A stretch of 32,000 nucleotides of DNA from Pseudomonas aeruginosa (GTDB taxonomy: Bacteria; Pseudomonadota; Gammaproteobacteria; Pseudomonadales; Pseudomonadaceae): NCBI RefSeq assembly GCF_001457615.1, contig NZ_LN831024.1, positions 2,370,001 through 2,402,000 of the forward strand, read 5' to 3'. Positions 9,129 to 16,993 of this stretch are shown in pieces (the first letter of the stretch is position 1; each line of letters opens with the position of its first letter). Under the pieces are notes generated by a model, which saw nothing but the letters and a program-made list of their open reading frames with translations, searched no databases and was not told where the DNA came from. The position numbers were made by a program, and so were the translations under genes.

Positions 9129-9599
9129 TTATTCGCTGACCGCTTTCTCGACCTTTTCGGACGCCGACCAGATCCGATAGCGGACCTCCACGTCCTTCGG
9201 CGCATAGACCACGATCGGCAGCTTGCTGTTGTAGCGCAGCAGGAAGCCTTCGCCGACCACCGGGATGAAGCGCTGCTCCTTCTTCTGGCCGGGGCAGGCC
9301 ATCATCGTGCTCATCGGCCCGCTGACCTTGTCCAGGCGGTAGTAGGAGTAGCCCCAGCCTTCCAGGGTATGTTCTTCCAGCTCGCCGCCCAGGCGCTGCT
9401 GGTTGCAGTCGGCCTCGAGGGTCTTGCCGGCGATGATCTCGACCTTGAATGCGTCTTCCGCGTCCTGTTTCGGCAGGTGGATGACCTGGCGGGTGAAGCC
9501 GGCATCTGCCTTCGGGTAGGGAACCTTTTCATCCAGTTTGGCGGCCATGGCGGTGCTGGAAAGAGCGGCAACGCCGGCGGCGATCAGTAGTGCTTTCAT
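9129..9599 (-). CDS. eco: ecotin, periplasmic serine protease inhibitor
   Basis: [19 protein letters not shown] signal; [44 protein letters not shown] reactive-loop region; [15 protein letters not shown]. Confidence 0.95.
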   Translation of the reverse strand: MKALLIAAGVAALSSTAMAAKLDEKVPYPKADAGFTRQVIHLPKQDAEDAFKVEIIAGKTLEADCNQQRLGGELEEHTLEGWGYSYYRLDKVSGPMSTMMACPGQKKEQRFIPVVGEGFLLRYNSKLPIVVYAPKDVEVRYRIWSASEKVEKAVSE

Positions 9600-9733
9600 G
9601 TCCTTGAGGTTCTCCTTACGTGGTAACGCGAGCAGGGTAAGACACCGAGGCACGGGTGAAAAGTTCAGTGGGGGACGTAACGGAATGTTCCATGTCCTGG
9701 GCCAGCTGGTCGGGGCACGGCCGAATCGCGGGC

Positions 9734-9850
9734 AAAAAAAAGACCATCTGCGGGGGGAGGGCGATGGTCTTCAAAGGAGCGTCGGGGACTTGGGGTTCTC
9801 CCGACGTCGCTACGATCTCACGCCGCTCCGCTGGGGAAAAATGCTTTGGA
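9734..9850 (-). ncRNA. candidate small RNA or leader attenuator 2 (5' end undefined)
   Basis: Minus strand: CGTCGGG-AGAACCCCAAGTC-CCCGACG hairpin (9780..9806), then terminator stem AAGACCAT-CGCCCTCCCCCCGCAG-ATGGTCTT followed by T-run. Confidence 0.5.
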
Positions 9851-9946
9851 CTGATAGTGGCTATCGATGCCGGTGACTTGAAATTCCCCGCCAACTCATA
9901 GCAAGTTCCGCACGATAGAGCCGTCAGCGCATCAGTTTGCGTTTTT

Positions 9947-10177
9947 TCAGCGGGTCAGTTGCAAGGCCAGTTCATCGACCTGTTCGGCCCAGTCGGAGTC
10001 CTCGGCCAGGGCCTCGCGCAGGAAGCTGGCCTGGGCAGGGTTCCAGAATGGCGCATCGGGCAGCGCCGTGCCCTCCTCGAGGTGGTGCCGGGCGAGAAAG
10101 GCGACGATGTCGTCCCGCCCAGCGGGGAGCCCCAACTGGCGGAACAGGTTGGAAAAGGTGTGCGGGCTGGTGTCCAT
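9947..10177 (-). CDS. DUF2789-like small protein
   Basis: 76 aa: MDTSPHTFSNLFRQLGLPAGRDDIVAFLARHHLEEGTALPDAPFWNPAQASFLREALAEDSDWAEQVDELALQL. Confidence 0.8.
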   Translation of the reverse strand: MDTSPHTFSNLFRQLGLPAGRDDIVAFLARHHLEEGTALPDAPFWNPAQASFLREALAEDSDWAEQVDELALQLTR

Positions 10178-10318
10178 GACGGTTCCTCCTGGATTCGCTG
10201 TTTTTCCACTATAGCCGGCGGGACGGCAGGGCCGCCGTGGGAGCCGGGGGTGGGTAATTTTGTCGCAGATGAAAAAGACTGTTGTGCGCGGCGTGCTTCA
10301 TGGCGAAGGGGCGGGCGC

Positions 10319-10342
10319 TTATTATTAGCAAGCTAATGATAA
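10319..10342. promoter_or_regulatory. inverted repeat, candidate operator
   Basis: TTATTATTAGC-AA-GCTAATGATAA, 11-bp arms with one mismatch, directly upstream of ORF 10356..10553. Confidence 0.4.
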
Positions 10343-10355
10343 CCGGAGTCAGCCT

Positions 10356-10553
10356 ATGTCCAGAATCGAAGTCGCCGTGCTGGTGGGGACGTCCGTTCCC
10401 GAATCGCTGCGCAGCAAGGGATTGCTGGCCTGTTGGATCCTGATGGTGGACGGCGCCATGTGGGCCGGCCCCTTCACCAGCCGTGACGAGGCGGAAGCCT
10501 TGAAGGGAACCTGGGAACTGAGTTGGCCGCTGGAGGCGGCGATCTCCGCCTGA
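10356..10553 (+). CDS. hypothetical protein, 65 aa
   Basis: MSRIEVAVLVGTSVPESLRSKGLLACWILMVDGAMWAGPFTSRDEAEALKG; GGAG upstream of the ATG. Confidence 0.65.
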   Translation: MSRIEVAVLVGTSVPESLRSKGLLACWILMVDGAMWAGPFTSRDEAEALKGTWELSWPLEAAISA

Positions 10554-10575
10554 GCCAAGGCCCTTGCCTTGCCGA

Positions 10576-10598
10576 AAAGCCCGCCGAGCGCGGGCTTT
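10576..10598. terminator. bidirectional intrinsic terminator
   Basis: AAAGCCCGC-CGAGC-GCGGGCTTT. Confidence 0.75.
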
Positions 10599-10618
10599 CT
10601 GTTGCCTGCGGAAACGCC

Positions 10619-10948
10619 CTAGCGGCGGCCCACCAGCAGGCCGAGGAGGAAGCCGGCGCCGGCCGATACGGCGATGGTCTGCCAGGGATGGTCCTCGACG
10701 TATTCCTCGGTCGCTTCGGCGGCCGCCTGGCTGCGTTGCACCACGCCGCGGCGGGTGCGCTCGATGGCGTCGCGACCACGATGCAGCACGGAATTGATCT
10801 GTTCACGCAGGTTCGCGCCCTCCTTGCCGGCCAGGCTGCCGGTGCCGCTCATCAACTGGTCCACCTCGGCGATCAGGTCCTGCAGTTCGGCCATGGCCTG
10901 GTCCTGGATAGCCTGCTTGGCGCGAGCGGAGCGGGTTTTCAGAGTCAT
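10619..10948 (-). CDS. ElaB/YqjD/DUF883 family membrane-anchored protein
   Basis: Helical N-terminal region and C-terminal EDHPWQTIAVSAGAGFLLGLLVGRR. Confidence 0.93.
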   Translation of the reverse strand: MTLKTRSARAKQAIQDQAMAELQDLIAEVDQLMSGTGSLAGKEGANLREQINSVLHRGRDAIERTRRGVVQRSQAAAEATEEYVEDHPWQTIAVSAGAGFLLGLLVGRR

Positions 10949-11058
10949 GTCGGTCTCCTTGACGAGGATGGTTACCTAGGTATGGAGTCGCCCGCTTCGC
11001 TGAAAGTTGCACGGCATGGCCTGCGTCGGGGGTTTCCGTAGCATGCGGGAGAGCCGTT

Positions 11059-11433
11059 TCAGGATGCCCCGGCCTCGCCGCGCAGGTAGCGGTCGAGGTC
11101 GATCGCTTCGCCGCTCTTGAGTTTCAGGCGTCGGCGCAGGTCGTCGAACATAGCGTCGTACTCGCGGCGCTGGCGCACGATCGGTCCCTGCCGCAAGCGC
11201 AGGCCGTGGCGTCGGGCCAGGCGACTGGCACGGCTGGCGAAATGCACGGCGGCGTCGCGTGGCAGTTCGAAGCTTTCGCTGAAAGGCTGGCCGTCGATCC
11301 GGCCCTCCATGTCGAAGTGTACGGCCACCGGGCGGGCCTCGGCCTCCAGGACCCGGTAGCGCAGGTGGATATCGAATGCCTGGCGGTCGACTTCGCTGGC
11401 CGAGGCGAGATGCAGATGGCCGGGAATGAACAT
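11059..11433 (-). CDS. hypothetical protein, about 124 aa
   Basis: MFIPGHLHLASASEVDRQAFDIHLRYRVLEAEARPVAVHFDMEGRIDG...; GGAGGC immediately upstream of ATG 11433. Confidence 0.65.
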   Translation of the reverse strand: MFIPGHLHLASASEVDRQAFDIHLRYRVLEAEARPVAVHFDMEGRIDGQPFSESFELPRDAAVHFASRASRLARRHGLRLRQGPIVRQRREYDAMFDDLRRRLKLKSGEAIDLDRYLRGEAGAS

Positions 11434-11568
11434 GGCCTGCCTCCTTTTCGGATAACCGGGGAAATGCCCTTGCCTGCCAGGGTATGCTTCGCCGGCCTCG
11501 GGACGGCTGTCCCAGGTCAGTTTTTTCCGGATTGGAGCGGGGATGCGAATGGCGCTGGGAGCGTTCGG

Positions 11569-12012
11569 GTGTTGACTGACTGGGCCGCGTACGCCGGGCT
11601 GTTCCTCTCGGCGTTCGGTTCGGCGACCCTGCTGCCGTTGCAGTCGGAAACCGTGCTGGCCGCCTTGCTGCTGCGCGGCGGCCAGTCGGTCGCGTGGCTG
11701 CTGGCGCTGGCCATCGTCGGCAATGTGCTGGGTTCCTGGGTCAACTGGTGGCTGGGTCGCTACCTCGAGCATTTCCGCGGTCGCCGCTGGTTTCCCGTGG
11801 GCGAGGTGCAGTTGCTCAGGGCGCAGCGACACTATCGCCGCTACGGCCGCTGGACCCTGCTGCTCAGTTGGGTGCCGGTCATCGGCGATCCGCTGACGCT
11901 GGTGGCCGGCATCATGCGTGAGCCCTGCTGGAGTTTCCTGCTGATCGTCGGCCTGGCCAAGACGCTCCGCTACCTGGCCCTGGCTGCGCTGGTGCTGGGC
12001 TGGGCCGGCTGA
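11569..12012 (+). CDS. YqaA/DedA-like membrane protein
   Basis: LTDWAAYAGLFLSAFGSATLLPLQSETVLAALLLRGGQSVAWLLALAIVGNVLGSWVNWWLGRYLE; GTG (11569) or TTG (11572) start. Confidence 0.82.
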   Translation: MLTDWAAYAGLFLSAFGSATLLPLQSETVLAALLLRGGQSVAWLLALAIVGNVLGSWVNWWLGRYLEHFRGRRWFPVGEVQLLRAQRHYRRYGRWTLLLSWVPVIGDPLTLVAGIMREPCWSFLLIVGLAKTLRYLALAALVLGWAG

Positions 12013-12167
12013 GCGCTTCGTCGGCGAGCGTAGAACTATTTTTCGCGGGGCAATGTCCATTGCTGCGAGGTGTAACTGCCGCCTCATCGCCCCCGGGGCC
12101 TTTAGTTGCCGCTGTGGTCCCGGGGGCTTCTCTTTTCCTGCCTGTTTCCGGCGATGCGAGGTGCGCA

Positions 12168-12484
12168 ATGTCGAGGGTGGTTGCGGGATCGCTGGTCTGC
12201 CTGCTGCTCGGTTCGGCGCCGGCCTGGGCTTCCACGGCCGAGGCGTGGAGGCGCACGACGCCATGGTGCGTGCCGCCTGCCTGAAAGCCAGCGGCTTGCG
12301 CCAGGTACGCGCGGTGGGGCAGGTACTGCCCTTCGACGATGAGGTGGGCTATTCGGCGCTGCTCCTGCAGGGCCGCTATCCGCAGCCGCACATGCAGGGC
12401 CGCCAGGGCCGCGAGCTGTGTCTGTACCGGCGCGCCACCGGCAAGGCCAGCGTCAGCGAGGCCGACGCCCTGCTCAAGCCTTGA
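12168..12484 (+). pseudogene. secreted hypothetical protein split by an apparent -1/+2 frame change
   Basis: Signal peptide MSRVVAGSLVCLLLGSAPAWAS in one frame; the remainder (VEAHDAMVRAACLKASGLRQVRAVGQVLPFDDEVGYSALLLQGRYPQ...) in another, with the switch near 12240..12250. Confidence 0.45.
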
Positions 12485-13373
12485 GTTCGGGGTCGTCGTT
12501 GTCCGGAAGTTCGCGCTCGCCAGGGTCCTTGCCGTCTTCCGAATGGTGTTCGATCACCGCGTTCAGCTCGGCGCCGAACAGCACCACTGCCGCCGACAGG
12601 TAGAAGTACAGCAGGAGGATGATGATCGCCCCGATGCTGCCGTACATGGCGTTGTAGTTGGCGAAGTTCTTCACGTAGAAGCCATAGGCGAGGGACGCGG
12701 CGATCCAGGCGATCACCGAGAGCACCGAGCCTGGAGTGATGAAGCGGAAACGCTGCTCGACATCCGGCACCAGGTAGTAGAACAGCGCCACCGCGAGCAT
12801 CAGCAGGAACACCGCAAGAGGCCAGCGCAGCCAGGTCCAGAGCGTCACCAGGTACTGTTCCAGACCGACCAGGCCGGCGATCCAGGCGATCACCTGCGGC
12901 CCGGTGACCATCAGGCCGGCCGCCACCAGCAACAACAGGGCGATGCCGAGGGTGTAGAGGATCGACAGGGAGAAGCGCTTCCATACCGGGCGGCTCTCCT
13001 TCACGTCGTAGGCGGCGTTGAGCGCGATCATCATCGAGCGGATGCCCGCCGAGGAGGTCCACAGCGCCACCGCGATACCGATCGACAGCAGGCCGCCTTT
13101 CTGCTGCTGCAACTGGTCGATCACCGGGTTGACCTGATCCATCGCCTCGGGCGGCAGCAGCAACGCCGCCTGCTCGCGCAGCCAGGCGAAGAACTCCGGT
13201 AGGTGCAAGTAGCCTACGAGGGTGATCAGCACCAGCAGGAACGGAAATAGCGAGAACAGCATCTGATAGGCGAGGGCCGAGGCGTAGGTCGGCATGTCGT
13301 CCTCGAGGAACTCGTTCACGGTGCGCTTGACCAGGCCGAACAGGCCTATTTCCCGATAAGCCGTACGGAACAT
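12474..13373 (-). CDS. YihY/BrkB (virulence factor BrkB/RNase BN-named) family inner-membrane protein
   Basis: MFRTAYREIGLFGLVKRTVNEFLEDDMPTYASALAYQMLFSLFPFLLVL...VPDVEQRFRFITPGSVLSVIAWIAASLAYGFYVKNFANYNAMYGSIGAIIILLLYFYLSAAVVLFGAELNA. Confidence 0.95.
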   Translation of the reverse strand: MFRTAYREIGLFGLVKRTVNEFLEDDMPTYASALAYQMLFSLFPFLLVLITLVGYLHLPEFFAWLREQAALLLPPEAMDQVNPVIDQLQQQKGGLLSIGIAVALWTSSAGIRSMMIALNAAYDVKESRPVWKRFSLSILYTLGIALLLLVAAGLMVTGPQVIAWIAGLVGLEQYLVTLWTWLRWPLAVFLLMLAVALFYYLVPDVEQRFRFITPGSVLSVIAWIAASLAYGFYVKNFANYNAMYGSIGAIIILLLYFYLSAAVVLFGAELNAVIEHHSEDGKDPGERELPDNDDPELKA

Positions 13374-13595
13374 TCCATCTCCTTGCTGTGTGCGTGCCGA
13401 TGACGATCGACCACCGATGGCCGCTTGCCGCCAGGCATTTTCCGTTGGGTGAAATTCGTCGCGTCCTTTCTGGGACGCCACGGCGGGCGAATTGGTTCGT
13501 CGCCGGCGTCATCATTCGGTCGCATCCGTTAGCCAGACTGCGCCTGCCCGCCGCGCGGCGGGCCTCCGTCCAACTTCTCAGAAATGGAGCGCACC

Positions 13596-13829
13596 ATGTC
13601 TGTCGACCTGAAGAAAATCGCCGCTGCCTTTCCCGAGTTCCAGTTGTCCAGCAAGAGCCGCCACGACGGCGCGCTGTTGTTGCAGTTGCAGGCCGCCGAC
13701 GGCCGCTACGTGGCTCGCACCATACCCTCGCCGCAGCTCAGCGCGCCGCCGGAGACCGAGTGGCTGATCCGCAGCATCCGCCGGGAACTGGCCGTGCCGG
13801 GCATGGAAATGGCGATGGCGGCACGCTGA
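13596..13829 (+). CDS. DUF3509-like small protein
   Basis: MSVDLKKIAAAFPEFQLSSKSRHDGALLLQLQAADGRYVARTIPSPQLSAPPETEWLIRSIRRELAVPG; similar in layout to ORF 16994..17281. Confidence 0.75.
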   Translation: MSVDLKKIAAAFPEFQLSSKSRHDGALLLQLQAADGRYVARTIPSPQLSAPPETEWLIRSIRRELAVPGMEMAMAAR

Positions 13830-13894
13830 GTTTTTTCGCCGCGGGAACCGATGATGCGATAATTCCGCCTTTCCACACAGCTGACGGGAAGGCA

Positions 13895-14125
13895 ATGAAG
13901 CGCGAGAAGGTTCGGGACAGGCAGGCGGCAGGGAAGATCTCGGCGACCCACATCATCGCCAATCCCACCCTGGCCAGGGAATGGATCGTGTTCTTCAAGA
14001 AGGACGGCGGGCGCAGCTATTTCCTGGTCGACGAGAGCGACGAGGTGATGTCGTTCCGCCGGCTCGACGACGCGGTCAAGGAGCTGCGCGGGCTGGGCAT
14101 CAAGTTCGCGGAGATCCATCTCTAG
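13895..14125 (+). CDS. hypothetical protein, 76 aa
   Basis: MKREKVRDRQAAGKISATHIIANPTLAREWIVFFKKDGGRSYFLVDESDEVMSFRRLDDAVKELRGLGIKFAEIHL. Confidence 0.75.
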   Translation: MKREKVRDRQAAGKISATHIIANPTLAREWIVFFKKDGGRSYFLVDESDEVMSFRRLDDAVKELRGLGIKFAEIHL

Positions 14126-14618
14126 GAGCGGCGTCGCGCGGTCGCCACTGGCCAGCCTTGCGCGCCCGCGCTTCTTCCTCGGCGAACCGGTACTGGCCGC
14201 GCGCCTCGGCCGTCTGGCCGCTGTCCGGCGCGTCGCGCCAGCTGGCCAGGCCAATGGTCAGCAGGGCCAGCCCGGCATCCAGGGTATGTCCGCAGGTGGG
14301 GCAGTCGGCCGGGGTGACCCAGGCCGCGCCGAGGATGCGGAAGCGCGCGTCGCGGCCTTGCTCGCGGATGGTCGCCGATTTGCCGAGCAGCATGTCTTCC
14401 AGGGCTTCCCGGGCGCGCCGACGCCAGGGCTCGGCGGCCGGTAGCTCGACGGCATTGAGCTGGATGCGCAGCGCCTTGTTCGCGCCGGGCAGGCGGCAGC
14501 CCAGGCTGGCGTCGTCGTGTATCGCCACCACCGTGCAGTCGAAGCGGCGCTCCCCGGCGTCGGCGGCGAACGCCAGGGCGGCGCAGAGCGGCAACAGGGC
14601 GAGGGTGCGGAAGATCAT
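14100..14618 (-). CDS. secreted staphylococcal-nuclease-like (SNase) domain protein
   Basis: MIFRTLALLPLCAALAFAADAGERRFDCTVVAIHDDASLGCRLPGANKALRIQLNAVELP: SNase-like start with signal peptide. Confidence 0.7.
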   Translation of the reverse strand: MIFRTLALLPLCAALAFAADAGERRFDCTVVAIHDDASLGCRLPGANKALRIQLNAVELPAAEPWRRRAREALEDMLLGKSATIREQGRDARFRILGAAWVTPADCPTCGHTLDAGLALLTIGLASWRDAPDSGQTAEARGQYRFAEEEARARKAGQWRPRDAAPRDGSPRT

Positions 14619-14636
14619 GGGCTACTCCGGCGGAGG

Positions 14637-15350
14637 TCAGCGTCGACGCGAGGATAGGTTGCTGCAGGTCGCCAGGTCCACCGGGCCGACATAGGGATTG
14701 CCCCAGCCCATCACGCAGCCGACCATGTGGTTGCGCTGGCGCTCCCAGGTCTGTGGCGGGTACTGCTTGTGCCAGGCGTTGTAGAGCTGGCGATCCTGCT
14801 TCGACAGGCGCAGGCCGTAGCGGTCGCTCATGTAGAAGTAGGTGCGGGCGATCATCCCGCGAATCTGCGGGCGTGGCATCGCCTTGCGCGCCTTGAAGTC
14901 CACCACCATCGGGCAGGCGCCGTATTGCTGGGGTTTCTGCGGCAGCCAGCCGAAGCCGAAGTTGCTGCGGTCGCCGTTGACCTCGCCGATGCTCGGCACC
15001 AGGTTGTGCAGGTCGGCTTCGGCGCGCTGGTAGGTGCTGTCGTGCCTCGCGCAGTTGCTCCGCCCGCCGTTCTGCCAGCAGCGCCGCTGGTGACCGATCA
15101 CCCAGGCCGGGACGATGTGTTCCCACTCGATGCGCCGCGCGCGGTTGGCGTTCTTCCTCGGCTTGTAGCCGCAACTGGCGAGGTCGACACGATTTCCCGA
15201 GTAGCGACAGCCGCAGTAGAACTCCACGGATTGCCGGGCGTAGAGCTTCCAGCCGATTTTCTTCGCTTCGGAGAACGTGCGCGGGGCGTTGGCCTGGCCG
15301 GCGCTGGCGAGGAGGAGGGCGAAAAGGCCTACAAACAAACGGGAAAGCAT
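14637..15350 (-). CDS. endA: endonuclease I family DNA-specific endonuclease
   Basis: Signal peptide; FYCGCRYSG...IEWEHIVPAWVIGHQRRCWQNGGRSNC...ADLHNLVPSIGEVNGDRSNFGF. Confidence 0.93.
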   Translation of the reverse strand: MLSRLFVGLFALLLASAGQANAPRTFSEAKKIGWKLYARQSVEFYCGCRYSGNRVDLASCGYKPRKNANRARRIEWEHIVPAWVIGHQRRCWQNGGRSNCARHDSTYQRAEADLHNLVPSIGEVNGDRSNFGFGWLPQKPQQYGACPMVVDFKARKAMPRPQIRGMIARTYFYMSDRYGLRLSKQDRQLYNAWHKQYPPQTWERQRNHMVGCVMGWGNPYVGPVDLATCSNLSSRRR

Positions 15351-15470
15351 GCGGCAACTTCCAAAAAAATCCGCATGTTACTGATTTTGCAGGAGATGCC
15401 AATCGTGGCCAGTCCATGGCCAGGCGAGGGGCGGACCTTCCCGTTTGCGCCGCGTCCATGCGATGGTTAG

Positions 15471-15485
15471 TATACGTTCCGTATA
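15471..15485. promoter_or_regulatory. perfect inverted repeat, candidate operator
   Basis: TATACG-TTC-CGTATA, about 22 bp upstream of the ParD-like gene start. Confidence 0.45.
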
Positions 15486-15507
15486 TGTTTTGTAGTCGAG
15501 GTGTAGT

Positions 15508-15729
15508 GTGGGCCTGGTGAAGATTTCCGAGCAATTGCACGAAGAGGCGCGCATCGCCTGCAAGGCCATGTCGCGCTCGATCAATGCCCAGGCCGAGCAC
15601 TGGATGCGCATCGGCATGCTGATCGAAGCCAATCCCGGCCTGACCTATGCGCAGGTGCTACGCCAATTGATGGACGAAGCGCGCGAAAGCGACCGCCGCG
15701 AGCAGGACGCGGCGAGGATCTCGGGATGA
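15508..15729 (+). CDS. ParD-like (antitoxin-like) protein
   Basis: MGLVKISEQLHEEARIACKAMSRSINAQAEHWMRIGMLIEANPGLTYAQVLRQLMDEA; GTG start; ATGA overlap with the next gene. Confidence 0.8.
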   Translation: MGLVKISEQLHEEARIACKAMSRSINAQAEHWMRIGMLIEANPGLTYAQVLRQLMDEARESDRREQDAARISG

Positions 15730-16508
15730 TCAAGAGCGCGGAGGAAATCCAGCGCATGAGCGTGGCCGGCGCGCTCACCGCGAAAGTCCTCGAAGTCCTC
15801 GACGAGGTGGTGCGGCCTGGCATCAGCACGGCAGAGATCGACCGCTTCTGCGAGCGCTACATCGTCGACACCCTCGCGGCGATTCCCGGCAGCAAGGGGC
15901 AGTACGGCTATCCGTTCACGGTGAACACCTCGGTCAACGAGGTGGTCTGCCATGGCTGGCCGTCGGCGCAGCAGATCCTCCGCGACGGCGATATCGTCAA
16001 CGTCGACGTCACGGTGATCAAGGACGGCTATTTCGGCGACAGCAGCAAGATGTACCGGGTCGGCGCCATCGACCGCCAGGCGCAGAAGCTGCTCGACGTC
16101 ACCCGCGAATGCCTGTACCGGGCGATCCGCGTGGTGCGCCCGGACGCCACCCTCGGCGATATCGGGCATGCCATCCAGAGTCACGCCGAAGCCAACGGTT
16201 ATTCGGTGGTCCGCGAATACTGCGGGCATGGCATCGGCCGCAAGATGCACGAGGCGCCGCAGGTCCTGCACTTCGGTCGCGCTGGCGCGGGTGCGCGGCT
16301 GAAGGCCGGGATGACCTTCACCATCGAACCGATGATCAACCAGGGCGGCCACGCGGTGAAGCTGCACAAGGACGGCTGGACCGTGACCACTCGCGACCGC
16401 CGCCTGTCGGCCCAGTACGAGCACACCGTGCTGGTCACCGAGCGGGGTTGCCGGGTCCTGACCCTGCGCGACGAGGAGCGCGAGGCGCTGGCCGACCTGG
16501 CTGGCTGA
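15726..16508 (+). CDS. map: type I methionyl aminopeptidase
   Basis: IKSAEEIQRMSVAGALTAKVLE...CHGWPS...GDIVNVDVTVIKDGYFGDSSKMY...YCGHGIGRKMHEAPQVLHFG...GMTFTIEPMINQG. Confidence 0.95.
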   Translation: MIKSAEEIQRMSVAGALTAKVLEVLDEVVRPGISTAEIDRFCERYIVDTLAAIPGSKGQYGYPFTVNTSVNEVVCHGWPSAQQILRDGDIVNVDVTVIKDGYFGDSSKMYRVGAIDRQAQKLLDVTRECLYRAIRVVRPDATLGDIGHAIQSHAEANGYSVVREYCGHGIGRKMHEAPQVLHFGRAGAGARLKAGMTFTIEPMINQGGHAVKLHKDGWTVTTRDRRLSAQYEHTVLVTERGCRVLTLRDEEREALADLAG

Positions 16509-16561
16509 TCGACGCCCGGCCTGGTTACACTGAGACGACTTTTCCGAAGGGAGGCTGGCGG

Positions 16562-16795
16562 GTGTCCGGCAGGCGTTTTGGCGAGTTCGAACTGCGCGCC
16601 ACCTGGTTGCGCGAGGACAGTGGCTATCTGGCCGAGATCGAGATAACCAGCATCGACGACGGACGCACCGAATGGCTGGTGCTGCCGGGCCAGCCGCCGT
16701 GCGAGAGTCCGGCGGCCGCGCTGTCGCTGGCGGAAGCGGCGCTGTACCGGGTGCGCGGCTTCGATGCGCGGGGCCGGCCGCTGTTTTCCGACTGA
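16562..16795 (+). CDS. hypothetical protein, 77 aa
   Basis: GTG start; VSGRRFGEFELRATWLREDSGYLAEIEITSIDDGRTEWLVLPGQPP. Confidence 0.6.
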   Translation: MSGRRFGEFELRATWLREDSGYLAEIEITSIDDGRTEWLVLPGQPPCESPAAALSLAEAALYRVRGFDARGRPLFSD

Positions 16796-16908
16796 GCCTG
16801 CTGGCAAATCGCATGATGCATTTCGCACGATCTTGCAGTTTGCACGGACCGCTTCGCTGAGTCTTTTCGTAAGTTATTGATTTTGAATGGTTTTAATTTT
16901 CCATGTGG

Positions 16909-16925
16909 CTGGCATGAAAGCTGCC
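16909..16925 (+). promoter_or_regulatory. candidate sigma-54 promoter
   Basis: CTGGCATGAAAGCTGCC: GG and GC separated by 10 nt, as in the -24/-12 element; upstream of the gene at 16994. Confidence 0.35.
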
Positions 16926-16993
16926 ACCTTTCCCCGTGTTGCGGCTGCGCTGAAGTTCGCGGTCGGTTTTCATGCAAGAGGGGATAAACGATC

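Noticed and set aside
11059-12264. 401-aa minus ORF read as one gene
   Set aside because: The upstream two thirds is antisense to the YqaA/DedA-like gene; the SD-supported start at 11433 gives a short real gene.
12376-13515. 379-aa minus ORF overlapping the YihY/BrkB gene
   Set aside because: Alternate frame of the clearly assigned YihY/BrkB membrane protein.
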